Shown here in pieces: positions 33,852 to 46,990 of a stretch of 64,000 bases of DNA. The notes under the pieces are model-generated. The model saw only the letters and a list, made by a program, of their open reading frames with translations, had not been told where the DNA came from and ran no database searches. The DNA is taken from NCBI RefSeq assembly GCF_964204645.1, contig NC_134027.1, positions 13,176,485 to 13,240,484 on the forward strand, written 5' to 3'. The stretch comes from Tubulanus polymorphus (lineage: Eukaryota > Animalia > Nemertea). The number at the start of each line of letters is the position of its first letter. The first letter of the stretch is position 1. The position numbers were made by a program, and so were the translations under genes.

Positions 33852-36789
33852 ACTGTGGAACTGGATCGATGTCAGACGAAAATAAATAGACATTATGTAT
33901 ATTTCATTCTGGCTTAGGATTGTTCATGCGTGTTGTGTGTCTACATTGTTGTTATAAGCGAATGTGGTTTATCTTTTAGAATTAAATGATATGAAAGATT
34001 ATAAAATGGTTTCGTTTTTTTTAATGTTTACTTTGTGACTGCTATAACATATATGTCCCTATGCTGATTATTTGGATCAAAAGAATCTTATTGGTACCGG
34101 TACTGGACGGCCGTAAGATTATAATAATTTCAAAGGAATTTGAACCGGTACTTGTTTGGTCGTAGGATTTAATGTTTGCAACCATCTACAACTACGGTCC
34201 GACACCGCGAACGTGCTCAATATTTATCTGATAATATTCGTTTCTGAAGTTTTCAAAAAGTCGATGAACTTCGATAACGGAAGTTTGCCTAGTAGAAATA
34301 GACATTAGGTGCCTGGTCTCATTCACCCCACTTGATTCTGACTTCTTCTACAGGTGGCAGCCAGTCAACGGTATCGTAATATAATAATTCCATATAAACT
34401 TGCCTGCAAATAATGGGATTCGAACCTAACTCGTTGCATCGATCGGTCCGGTGCCCTGTCCGACAGTGGGTATCCCCGTGGGAAAACCCGTTTACTATTT
34501 CAAGTAAAAATGAAGAAATTCCGCGTTTTTGGAAAATTCCGCGATTCCGTCTTTCTATGACAACACCGTTCTGCGAGACGCAGTGCTAGGTCTCGTTGTT
34601 ATGCACATATATGCAGTGTATACTGTACGAGCGTGTGTTTGTGTATGCAACAGTCTAGAGCACTCTGCGCGCACGTGGAGGCCTTGTGTAAGTGAATGTT
34701 CGCTTGCACTTAAGTGTCAATCAAATCAATCACCGGGTATTAAAATGAAACAATACCTATGGCGGATAATAATTACATTCTCATCAGCAATGAGCATTTG
34801 AAATTTGCACGTATACGGCACCTAGTCCAATGAAACGTTCGCCATTCTATGGCTTTCCCATAATTATTTTAGTAGCGCCGGAATTCCCCGTATATCCCAA
34901 AAACAGCCAATCGCATTCGCTCGTAGAGACAACGCCCCCCAATCGAGGTCATTGCAATTTTATACGCGAGAGCAAAGAATTTTCCCGCCAAAAACAGTTT
35001 ATCGTAGAATTTTAACAAACTTGACCATGTACATCGACGGAGGTTCGTCATGTCTTCAAGCGCATCGATTATACGTCGTTTAACCCGAGAACCAATGAAA
35101 CAAATGCTCACATAAAAAAACGTACCACGATTGTACATGAAATTGGCTCAATGCCAACTTCATGTCGCTGACAAAGGTAAACCGAAAATCTAGAGGAATA
35201 AGGAGAAGTGAATGACCAGGGTTGGAAACCTTTCGTATTATTCACTCTCGAATGTAGTAGTTGCCTGACCTCAGTGTCTTGAAGGTTGAGCACATAGAAA
35301 CCGAAGGGTTCCAGATCTGCTGTGATATGAACTGTTTGATGCACGGCTATCATAACCACTGGGATCGACTTTAGTTCCTTCTGTTTTCTTTCAGAACTAC
35401 CTCAACCGCTTGATTTTTCTGAGAGTTGGGCAAACGATGTTACATCCGAGGATGATCATCCGATTGTTGGGCCAACATCAAAATCTCCGGATAGGATCGT
35501 TGCGTCAACATCGAAATCTCTCGTTAGGATCGAGAAAAAGGGTACCGTCTGGCAAATTTAAAACTGTTTACGGTTACGCTTGATTGAAAAATTATTTGAG
35601 ATATGATATCGATATCTACACGTTCCTGGAACAGTTTGGTTTCTATTCAAGGAAAGAAGTAAAGTAGAACAAATGCATCAATCCTATTTCATCAATAGTG
35701 GTTATAAGAAGGACACAGTTCTTATTGTAATATGTATCTATCTTTATAGCTTGAAGTTTGAACTTGAGCAGCAATGGCAAATTCCTTAGTTGAAAATAAT
35801 TTGTGTCCCATCACAGTGGAACCTCGTTACAATGAATCAGAGGACCAGCAAGTATTTGTTAATATCCCATGTGGAATTTTCATAATTGTTTTATGTGGGA
35901 CAAATCAAATTTTTTTAATATCCTATGAATCGTGATATTTATCGTTATGTAAAGGTTCCACTGAATTAAACTGTTTTTACACCATGATTTTTTTCTCACT
36001 GGACTCACCTGGTAGCTTGCTTGACAAAGTTCAAAAGACAACGCTTCATCAACTGTAGTTCAACGACTAAACATATCTATAGAACAGGCATCGCTGAATG
36101 TGTTTTCTATCCCAGTTTGAATCGTGCACTTGCAAAATTGAATATCTTATATTTTTCAAAGCGTTACTAAAATTATTTTTTTTTTACTTAAGGTAAAAGG
36201 AGATGAAGCGAAAAAGAGAGTGCTGCATTTGCTCAAATCTATGGGCATTTCATAAAAAGTAAGGAAATGCCTCCATACTCCAAGCTTCATGAAGCTTCAA
36301 GAAAACTCAATGGAAGGACCGTTGAACAAATACGAACAAAATGCAATAATATAATTAAAGGGAAAAATAAGTTTAAATTTTAATTGAAATGGAATTTTAT
36401 TGGAATAAACACTTCAATAGACACTTCAATATTCCTAATTTTTGTCTTCAAAACAACTTCGATGAGGAAATAATTTCCATTGTTTTCTATGGATCTTCGT
36501 GTATGCAGGAATGAGAAATCCATATGAAGGTCAAATCTATCTTGAAATCTTTAAGAGCTAATTTCTGGGCTCGAAAGATGCAGGTCCAGTTTCACGAAGC
36601 GTAATCAGGCCTTATCGTTAAAAGCTTTTTTGTGCCACCACGTACTGAATAGACTGCATGGTAGTGAAAATTTTGTGTTCTCTGTACCATGCTAGGGCAT
36701 GGTTTCCATTGAAAATGTACTCTGGAATTTATATGGTTGGTGATGGAAAATGATATTAAAAGCGATATTTGTAATGAATTTATAAGTAA

Positions 36790-37640
36790 AAGGAATTATG
36801 ATATACATCTCGAATAAAAAAAACACCAACAAAATTTAAGTAAAAATATTTTAGGAACAGAATATTTTGATGATAAATCTCAACAAGTAAAAAAATCTAT
36901 TGAAAAAAACGAAATCTATTTCAAATAAATCTCATATGGAAAATGTTCGAAATTATATCGATTCATTAGAAATAAAAGAAAAAATTGAAATTTTAGAAAC
37001 ATTACGTAGTAAAATTGGTCCTGCAGCTAAAATATTTAGATATTTAAAGGGACAAGAATAGAAGATTATAGTAAAGTTATTGAAATAATGGAAAAAATCA
37101 TGGATTTTGTAACATATGTTGAATATCCAAAAATTACCGGAAATATGAATCATTATACAAAATTGACCAATACCCAGTAACTATAAAAATGATTCCTCAA
37201 ATAGAAAAAGTTAATGATTTAAAAATAAATGTATTCGAATTAATGCAATTACCGAAGACAAAAGGTAAAAATATTAACGATTATACATTAGAAGCTTTGC
37301 ATTTAACAAAACATTATGATGATGGAAATGTTAAAGATTTATTATACCATTAAAAAGATGAAAATGAACATAATATGTGGTTAAAACAGATTTATCTTTC
37401 AGAACAGAAAGTGATCACCATTGTAAAATTTATCAATGTAGAAATGTTTATCTAAAATTATGACAGAAAAAGCATTACTAAAACATAAAGGGTTATGTGA
37501 TAATAAAGGTCTTGTAAATTAATAATGCCAACAGAAAGAGACTATAAATTAAAATTTACTAATCATAGATTTAAAAATATAGTTCCATTCGTAATTTACG
37601 GGGATTTTGAATCATTGAATAAAGAATTAACTGATAAAGA
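36790..37640 (+). pseudogene. pPolB relic of element 3, 5' part
   Basis: HMENVRNYIDSLE, HNMWLKQI, VPFVIYGDFESLNKELTDK. Confidence 0.85.
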
Positions 37641-37792
37641 ACACATTATTATTCGAAAATGGAATTATTAAATTCGTGGAATCAGTTGTAAAGCTGAAAA
37701 AAGAAATACGGTTATGATTGGGCCAGGATAAAGACAAAGCAATAAGTAACCTGGCAGACTAGCTTGAGGCAAATGTATGATTCATCAGTGGA

Positions 37793-37960
37793 ACACTGAC
37801 CGAGGCTACAATATTGTAACCTAGGTCGGTTGACTCGCGCGGATTTATCTGCATACACTGACCGAGGCTACAATATTGTAACCTAGGTCGGTTGACTTGC
37901 ACAGATTTATCTGGATACACTGACCGAGGCTACAATATTGTAACCTAGGTCGGTTTACTG
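37793..37960. repeat. ~62-bp tandem repeat x ~2.7
   Basis: ACACTGACCGAGGCTACAATATTGTAACCTAGGTCGGT recurs three times; each unit is itself palindromic. Confidence 0.9.
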
Positions 37961-40178
37961 CATTATATTTGCAGTATTCACTAATCCAAGATTGAGATCA
38001 GTCAGTTAACTTGATCAGTTTTTGAAGTTATTGCTGGTCCGATATCAGTCGGTTGATTTGTAGTTTTGACTAACGAGGAATCCAAAAGTGTTTCAGTCAA
38101 ACGTCTCCTATCATTGAGGAATGACTTGAACAGTTAGGAATGTACATCGTACACATTCCAAATTAAGGGTTTAAAAGAAGTTTAAGTGAAAGCCTTATAA
38201 TTGCGCAATTGCCATGATTGATACGAAAAAAGGTTTCTAGAATCGGATGACAATTTATATAGAATTGGAGTCAGATGTGCATTGTTTTGGGGGTGTTCGA
38301 ACTTCGCTGAATCACTGAATCGTTGATTATTATATTAATTTCGCTGATTTGAATTTACGCTGAATCCATGCACATTTTACATATTCTAAAGAAAATGTTT
38401 CATTTGACCGATTCATTGATAAATTTCGTTACATATATTCTATAAAAATTCAGTTGGATTACGGTAACGAATGTATTTTGCGGAGAGCGGTAACGGCTTT
38501 CGGCTTACGTCATCGGTACTTCGATGTAGTCTCACGGCTTTAATAGGGATTCGCCCTGGGGACCCGAGTTTCAGATATGACAGAAAAATATATAAAAAAT
38601 CGTGACGATTGTAAGTTGAGGCAACGATTGAAATGAAATCATTTGACTGCTGGATGTAATCACAAATAACAAATAAACTGACGCCGAAATAGTCTACCTT
38701 TTAATTCAGTTGGTTTTCCATAGAAGCTGTTTGAAAGAATCTACTGCTGAAAAGTGACTGTTGTAAAATATCTGATGTGCTTGTGTGCTAGCATTTTGAT
38801 AGTGCACACTGGCAGTAGATGTGACTGTAACCAACCGATTGTAAACAGCGACTTAGTGATAGTAACTCCTACCACAATAGCTACTCTCAAAACACATCGT
38901 TTCTAAAAGTCAACTAGTGAAAAATGACCATTTTGAGATGGCACGGTAATTTCCTGGTCAAAATAGCCACATCTGTTAAAGATTTGCAGTGATACGTGAC
39001 AGGGTCAAAGGTACTGTTAAACCCCATATGCTTTGTATACAGAACTCTGTATGCTTTGAATACAGTTCTGTCAATAGAAATCCTAGTTTCTGAGTTGCTA
39101 AGAACCCCCTACTTTATATCACGCTCAACAAAATGGGAATAACCAATAGGAAAACTATTGATTTATATAACACCATTATGGATTAAATCCGTTAAAACAA
39201 GTATTGTGCCAGATCTAATTTGGAATTTTATGATTTTTGTTTTATATTTGCGATTATAAAACATGCTGGTGCATTCATACTGTGATCCACAGCTAGATTT
39301 TCGTAGTATTTGAAAATGTTCGTAGTATTTAGAAATGTTCTTAATGTTGTTTCCGTATGCGTGGGGGTTACGTTAAAGCCGTCAGACAAGAACGTACTAG
39401 TAGTAAGAATTACGAAAGTTCTTGTTTGATGCTTTCATCTACCAACGCAAACCATAAATCAGTCTATAAACAACAATTCTTTCTCGGTTCTTCTGCTGTG
39501 AGATCTGGCAAACATTCAGAAAATCTTTATATAAAACTTTTAAATAGTTGGAACCATATTTGGTTGGGTCGGAACAATGGAGTGTATTTATAATGAGGCT
39601 CGTGAAGGGATCACGCTGATACTTGATGATATTCCCGGCTACTTTCCGTAAAAGGAAAAACCGGAAGTTTAGGAAGATGTGGTTGTTTTGCTTATCCTGT
39701 ATTAAAATAGAATTAGTTAAATTGTAGATAAAATAATTAGTATAAGTATTTCAAATAATTTAAGAATTGATAATCAATCACAATGTATTCCGAATCGTAG
39801 TTAATTATAATAATTAAAAAAGAAACAATGAATTTGCACTGTAATTAGAAAAGAAAACAAAGTTTTGAAAAGATATTTAATTTGAGTAATCTAGATGTTG
39901 TTTAAGAACAAATTGTTAATAATCGCTAATGTTTTAGAAAAATTTATTTGTGTTAAATGTTAAAACTAGCTGTCTGAAGTTTCTGTTGTCTGTATGCGCT
40001 CGTTGGTAATTCACAGACAATAGCTGCTCTCTCAACAACGACTAGCAAGGAGTGAGTAAATCACAACGCGTCATGACAGGAGGGTTGGAAGGAAAAAGTT
40101 AGTTTAGCAAATCAGTTTTGAAAATAATTTTAGATCAGCGAATCATTAAGGCCAAATTCTATATGACCAAAACAGTCA

Positions 40179-40550
40179 TGACAGTAAGGTTGCTGCTCCT
40201 TGCCAAAAGTCGAGTGGGAGAGTCGGTATTTTAAGAATGCCGATTCTTTCTATAAAAGGGACCCGCATCTTGAGATAGCAGTCAATCGGGAGAATCTGTA
40301 CCTTAGTAAGACGAGTGTCGACAGCAGGACAGGAGAAGCTTCGGAACGATGGGATTCATATAATAGGGATTAGGAAAATCATTCTCAGGTTCAAGGTAGA
40401 TAAAATATATTATTTTCAATATTATCATCCGGTATTTCAATTTATTCATTCGGATTTGTGCACGGACACGTTCTCTCGCCAGGGCCTTACTCAAGTATTT
40501 TATAGATAACGATTAAAGAGAGGATTGTGACCGGTGTATCAATACTGTCA
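40179..40550 (+). mobile_element. Possible solo LTR
   Basis: TGACAGTA...TACTGTCA ends, internal TATAAAA and ATTAAA; no clean TSD. Confidence 0.35.
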
Positions 40551-43500
40551 TAAATCTTTGATTCTGTAGAAATGAATTTGTCTTCAAGGATATATGAGAG
40601 ACGAAAATACAAATAAAATCATATGTTCATGAAATGGATTATGTCTTTAGATCTCTTTACTTGGATGAAAGACTACAACAAATTTTCCCAAAAAATGTAT
40701 CTAAAATACTTAGAATTAACCTACAATTAACCTACAATTATTGTTTATTTCGATACAAACAATTTTTAAGTAATCCATGTGATGTTCACTTTGTCACGCT
40801 GTTCTCTGCTTGTTCGTTTATGAATATTGAACCCTTTTATCGCTTGTTAGAATTGATATACCTTAACCGAAATTTCATTTCATAGTTATACAGTTTGGTT
40901 GAAATGATATTACAAATTCTAATGTAAGATCAAAATAATAGTGCATTATATTATAATCTAATACCCATTACTTACTGAGCGTATGCTAGTGAGAATAAGC
41001 CTAACAATTATCATTATTGATTGAATAAATACTGAAATAAATTCAGTTGAGATGTTCACGTAGTTTTGAATTCAGTTATTCCAATTTGATAAAAATACCT
41101 CTTCTGGTCTAAGTAAAAGAATGCAAGGCTGAAATTTCAGTTTCACATGCTTTCCTACTTTGTTGAGTAAATTGTTTGTAAAGGTTATCAAAAGCCCAGC
41201 AGCAGCTATCAGTCAACAGGTGAATTACACTGGCTAACTAGACAGTGATTGATGAACGAATTAACAAACTGCACTGACCACCAAAAATAATAACCTTTTA
41301 ATAGTATTTAACTTAGCACCTCAAAACTCTATTTGAAGATGCCAATGAAATAAAATGCCAATGAATCGCTGAATTTTAAGGTACTTTATCAGTTTTTTTT
41401 ACAATATAACTCATTTTCTCAAATTATCGTAAAATAAAAACTACTTTTATATCAGTGGTACCATATTCTACGACAGAAGTGCATTCATAGTAAGAATAAC
41501 GTTACCAATACGTTAAATTGGAAGTGAATGCAGGCTAGGACCAACAAAGGTGCCGATTTAAGATGCCGATATACAGAGAATCTCTCCCGTAGCGACTGAC
41601 ACGGTTGCATATACCTTCCGTGGCGACAAGTAAATAATTGTCTATCTAAACGACTACATGACCCGAAGTAGTCGAATAGAACACTAATCCGATAAATGAA
41701 GAAATTCCGCAATAAAATGATGACATTTAATTATCAAAATTAAACCACAACAACGTTCGGATTTTCAGTGACTGCCATCTGACTTAAAGCTCAAATCACT
41801 GGAATGTCTACATTCCACCTGATGATGGCTGTTAGTCAACAGTCAAAACGTTGCGGTTTCATCTCAACACATGTTATCATATTAAGAGTTCTATTACGGT
41901 ATTTCTTCATTCATGACCCCACGGTGAAGATCACCAAAGGCCGTTACCGTTATCCAAATGAAATCTTGAATACTATACGAAATTTATTATTTCTATTAAA
42001 TTCGGCCTCAGTTCGGAAGATTTCTTTAGAATGCATTGATAGATCCACATAAATCCATTATAGATACAGCATATTTTATTTTTTTAAATCAACGATTCAG
42101 CGAAATTAATATAAAATCATGGGAGGTTCGAACACTCCAAAATGCACATCTTAATTTATGATGCAAAGACATCCAGACCCCCGTTGAAAATAAACCACCA
42201 TTTCAATAATGAGAGGTTAGCCTGAATTTATGATTACGCTTCTAATTTAAAAATTAAATCAAAATATGAATGCAGACATGCTTGAAAATAGCTGCATTTG
42301 TTGAAATCGAATTCTTCATTAAACTAATATCGCCATAAAAAGAAGGAAATTTCGATTCATCGTAAAACTCCATAACCAATGGCAATTTGTAAACTAATTT
42401 ACTCCAATCTCGATTTTTAGTGGTTAGACTATCTTCAGAGCTTAACTGAGTCACTCAAAATACAACTATACCCCAAACTATAGCGTGAGAATAGAATTTT
42501 CCACTAGTTTCTCAGTGTGTTCATGTTGTCACATATCACCGCAAATCTTAAGTGGCTACTAAATAAAAGTAGACGTTTAGGCTCAAATGTGCGATAGACA
42601 TGTTCTTGGATTCAGAGAACAATACATAGACATGGGGCCAGGCACTCATCCACTTTTCTGACAATTTTTTTCATCGCCTGCTGTTAAAGGATACCAGTGT
42701 AAAACCGTTATTGTCGTATTTCTGCATAGCGTTACATTCTGAAATTCTTCAACAGTTCGTGGGCTTAGATAGATTTTAACCTTCATTTTATACATTAGAT
42801 ATTCTTAGCCTCCTTGAATCTATTGTAATTATTATCCTTTTTACATAAAACATGCCTGAAATCGTGAGCATATACCATTCCTAATTTCAACTAAGAAAGT
42901 GCTCAGAAAGCACCAAAACGCATCTCATTCTTCAAAGACCATACCCCTTTTGTGCCTTACGCACCTGTGGCCCTTCTTCAAAAGCTAGATTCTCGAACAT
43001 TTATCTAAATTACTCAATGGCATTTATTTCAAGTCTGCCCCCCCCCCCCCGCGATCATGCCATTCTCCATAAGCATCTTCTTTTCAGTTTGGATTCGCTT
43101 GCCAGATTCCCTGTTATAAATAGCGACATGTGCTTCAGATTTGCAGTGATACGTGACAATATAAACAGCGTATAAACAGTAGTGCAAAACTGTATGCAAA
43201 CGCTATACAGTTTTCAGGGCAGTCAAAATCTAAAGATTCTGAATATGCTCTTTGAGGATGTGAAATATATGAGCGATAAAACTCTAACCGATAACCATCG
43301 AGCTAAATCTGTTTGTATGATAAGTTTTGAAGTTTCAAGATTAATCGAAATTGCCTTTATTTCATGGCAATAATTTAATGAAAATTTAATTGGAAGAAAT
43401 GCTTTTTCAAGTATAGGTCAACATTATTTTTGATTATTTTTGCCATTAAAATTGTTCATATTCGGAAAAATCCCCCAGTAAATATCCCCCCACCCGGTAA

Positions 43501-43794
43501 AAATCTCCTCTAGGCAAATGTCCCTCCTAAATAAATTTAATAAAATACTTCAATATTCTGATTTTGAAAAGCTTAAATCGTTTCAAAAATTTCAAATTTT
43601 CGGTGTTGTTTTTCCCAACATTCATCTTGAATAATCTGTGACTTTTACTAAGCTGCGTACATATAAGATGACATAATTCGTGACTTTTAGCAAGCAACAT
43701 GCATAAAAAAATGATGATATTATCAGACGTAAGATAAAAACCCACTATTTAAAAATTAAAAGAAATCTAAAATCGAGAATTATTTATTGAAACA

Positions 43795-45240
43795 ATCTAA
43801 AATTTAAGAACACGACGTTTCAATCTCACACTAGAGATCATCGTCAGGTGTGAGATATTGACTAAAAACAGGGGTATATATAAAGAGGAGAACAGGTTAA
43901 TTGAGTAAATTGGTGAGTGAGTAACTAATTAGTGTTTGGCAAGGCATGGAGTAATGGAATTGTTGGGAGAAAAGCCATTATTTAAATTGGTACTAATATC
44001 TGAGTGACGAGTAATTAGAGCAGACTCAACTATATGGCGTTTAGTGTAATTGCTGGAAGTATAAATAATTTCGGCTTTCAAAATTAAAACGATGATCAGT
44101 GTTCCAAACGTGATTGGCTACGCCACTAGCCGGTTTTTGATTTATTATATCCTTTTTGTGTTCCGAAATTCGAGTTTTTAAATCACGACCAGTTTCTCCA
44201 AAGTACATTTTATCACAGCCAAAACATGGAATTTCGTAAACTCCGCAGTCCAAAGGTTTAGATTGATTGTTTTTTACCAAAGTCTTGCTAATTTTGTTTT
44301 CATACGTGAAAATGATTTGTTTATCCATTTAAGGGAGAGAGTGACGGAACTTTTCCAAAACAGGTACATACGGAACTACAATGAATTCTGAAATGTGTTT
44401 TTTATTTTCTGGAGGTTTAGAGTTAAAGAAAGTACGTTTAGCCTTAGAAATAGCGATTTTAAAAATGTGATCAGGGTAAGCCAATTTTTTAAGAGAGTTG
44501 GATATATGGTCAAATTCAGCCGAAAGGAAGGTTTCATCGCAGATCCGCAGTGCACGGAGAAAGAAGCCTTGAGCGAGACCAATTTTGATTTTAGCAGTAA
44601 ACGAAAAGAAATGGAGATATGCCTCAGCGTTGATCGGTTTACGGTAGACTGAAAAAAACAAATGAGAGTATTTATATTGGATTAGAACATCTAAAAACGG
44701 AATTTGGTCATTTTGTTCCCATTCAAATGTGAATTTCAAAGATGGATATTGAGAGTTGATGAAGTCAATAAAAGAGTTAAGATCAAAATCATCAGAAACT
44801 AAGCACAGAATGTCATCAACACATCTAAAAGTTAGGTTTAGAGCCAGCGTAATTGGGAAGAATTTCGGATTCAAAATGTTCAAGGAAAAGATTAGCCAAA
44901 ATGGAGGATTATGGGTTACCCATAGCGAAACCGAAAATTTGTTCATAGAATTTGTCTTGGAATTGGAAGTATAGATTGGTTGTACAGAGCTCTAAAAGTT
45001 CAAGTAAGCAATCTACAGGAATCGGGAGATCAAGATTGGAGTCCGGGAGTTTTCTTCTTAATAAATTGAGAGTTGGTTCCAATGGTATATTTGTAAACAA
45101 GGATATAGCGTCGAAAGATATAAATTCTTGGCCATCAGGTTTGAGATTTTTGAGTTTGTCTAAAAGAATGTTGTGCCGAATGTGAGAATCAGAAAAAGTA
45201 CCCAGAGCCGGGGAGTACTTTAGCCAGATATTTGGACGTA
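43795..45240 (-). mobile_element. Penelope-like retroelement (RT and GIY-YIG endonuclease), 5'-truncated and degraded
   Basis: SFDAISLFTNIP, YEQIFGFAMGNP, FRCVDD, PFLDV, VYRKP; GVYEIPCFGCDKMYFGETGR. Confidence 0.92.
43810..43851 (-). ncRNA. Minimal type I hammerhead ribozyme in the Penelope terminal repeat
   Basis: Minus strand reads ACAC-CUGACGA-U-GAUCUC-UAGUGU-GAGAUU-GAAAC-GUC-GUGU. Confidence 0.85.
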
Positions 45241-46308
45241 GTTTTTATTCTGAAGAAATCTTGTTTAAAAGTATTAGTTAAATATTTATGTATCCTGCGT
45301 TAAAAGTATCAGAGTATGGAGAGGCCCGTGTACTTCTTCACAAAAATAGCATTTTGACCTTTCAAGGAGATCGGTGTGCAGCAAAGATATACGCGTTACC
45401 TCCGCTACGAGATTTTCAGGCAGGTGGGGAATTCGGGTCACCCGGGTCTATAGTCATGAACACTGTACTATAACGTCCAGACATCCATCTAAACGAGTCC
45501 ATGCTCGTAGGTACCAGGTTTATAGTATCCAGGCAGCAGGCGAATCATTTGGGTCACCTGCAATGTACTATAACCATAGAAATTTAGCACTGCTATGCTT
45601 TAACCAACCAACAGCTGATAGAGTTCATCAGGGCATCCAAACTTTAAATCTCCAGAAATCTATCTACTGTTTTATAAGCAGTGGATGCCATGTGTCCCTC
45701 TAATCGCCTTCATCAACGCAAACATTAAAAAAATGTGACGATTTCAACTGCTAAATCTGCCAGCGATTACTCGATACCGTTACTTTTCATAGTTGATATC
45801 TTAAAAGTGAGATTGAAACAAATCCTTCCCGGATAAAAGGAACACCTTAAACAGTCACCTAAAAAACATATTCATAGTCATATAGTCTTGGATAATTACC
45901 TGCCACATAATTATTTTAGTTCAGGAATCGAAATGTTTGAAGCTCGGCTTAAAAATCCTCCGATATTTAACAAGTGCTTTAAAGAACAATGATATGTTTG
46001 ATAACAGGGTCGAATGGCTTATTTTGAACATTTCATCCAATTCCAAATGGGCTACATATTTCAGCCTAGATTTCATACTTTTTGAGACAGGATGATTTGA
46101 TATTGTTTTAACAATCAAGAGAAATCCCTCAAGAAAATCAAGACGCGGGGAATATATTTAACAGCTGAATCACACGTTCTACGCAAACCCGCACTGCTAG
46201 GTAAAAATTTCTTTATCATTCCTTTACCGAAGCATAATCGTTTTTCTTTTTTCAGCTTTACAATTGATTCCATGAATTTAATAATTCCATTTTCGAATAA
46301 TAATGTGT

Positions 46309-46990
46309 TAAAGATAGAAAAGAAATATATAACAACAAGCAATTATTAAAATCAATGGATTAAGGAAATGAAGATACAATTCAAGATCCACCAATTATAA
46401 ACACAATTAAGAAAGTTCATCAAAGAGCTGCCGCATATGGAATTTGCATGAAATCAAATTATGCCGAATTATATGAAGTCAATATATTTCTTTTTGAGGT
46501 GAAGATAAAGAAAATGAATTTTCTAATAAAAATATTGAATCAGAAAGTGATTTTGCACAATTATTAAACAAAAATGAAAAAAATAGTTATGACAAAAGAA
46601 GATGAAGTTCATTTTAATTATGCAACTCATTCCTGTTATTGTGAAAAGCGATTTTACTCATTTGATAGAAAATTTGAAGATCACGATCATTTAAATTCAA
46701 TATATCGCGGAGCTGCTCATGAAGATTGTAATTTACAAGCTAAAAAAGTTACTTTCGTGTCAATATTAATTCATAATTTTTCAGGATATGATACTCATTT
46801 ATTTATAAAACTATTAACAGGAATAGGTGAGATTAATCAAGAAATAGAAGAATATAACGCTATTAATGATACATAAATGCCAACTTATAAATTACAAATG
46901 TTAGCTAAACATCAGAAAATTATATTTCGTTTCAATTTGGATGTCTAAGATTTTTAGATTCTTATAGATTTTTAGCAAGTTCATTAAATA
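46309..46990 (+). pseudogene. pPolB relic of element 3, 3' part
   Basis: NTIKKVHQRAAAYG, DHDHLNSIYRGAAHEDCNL, HNFSGYD, YISFQFGCLRFLDSYRFL. Confidence 0.88.

Larger units (their letters stand above)
37641..46308. mobile_element. 8.7-kb TIR element (~80-bp TIRs, 6-bp TSD TAAAGA) with no visible transposase
   Basis: ACACATTATTATTCGAAAATGG... at 37641 and its reverse complement ending at 46308; TAAAGA at 37635-37640 and 46309-46314; removal restores the pPolB frame KELTDKDRKEIY. Confidence 0.85.

Noticed and set aside
34415-34480. tRNA gene (B-box GGTTCGAATCCC on the minus strand)
   Set aside because: No cloverleaf could be built; at most a SINE-like remnant
36190-36385. Myb-like C-terminal exon (RTVEQIRTKCNNIIK) of a possible Crypton-like element
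   Set aside because: Too short and degraded to support a call
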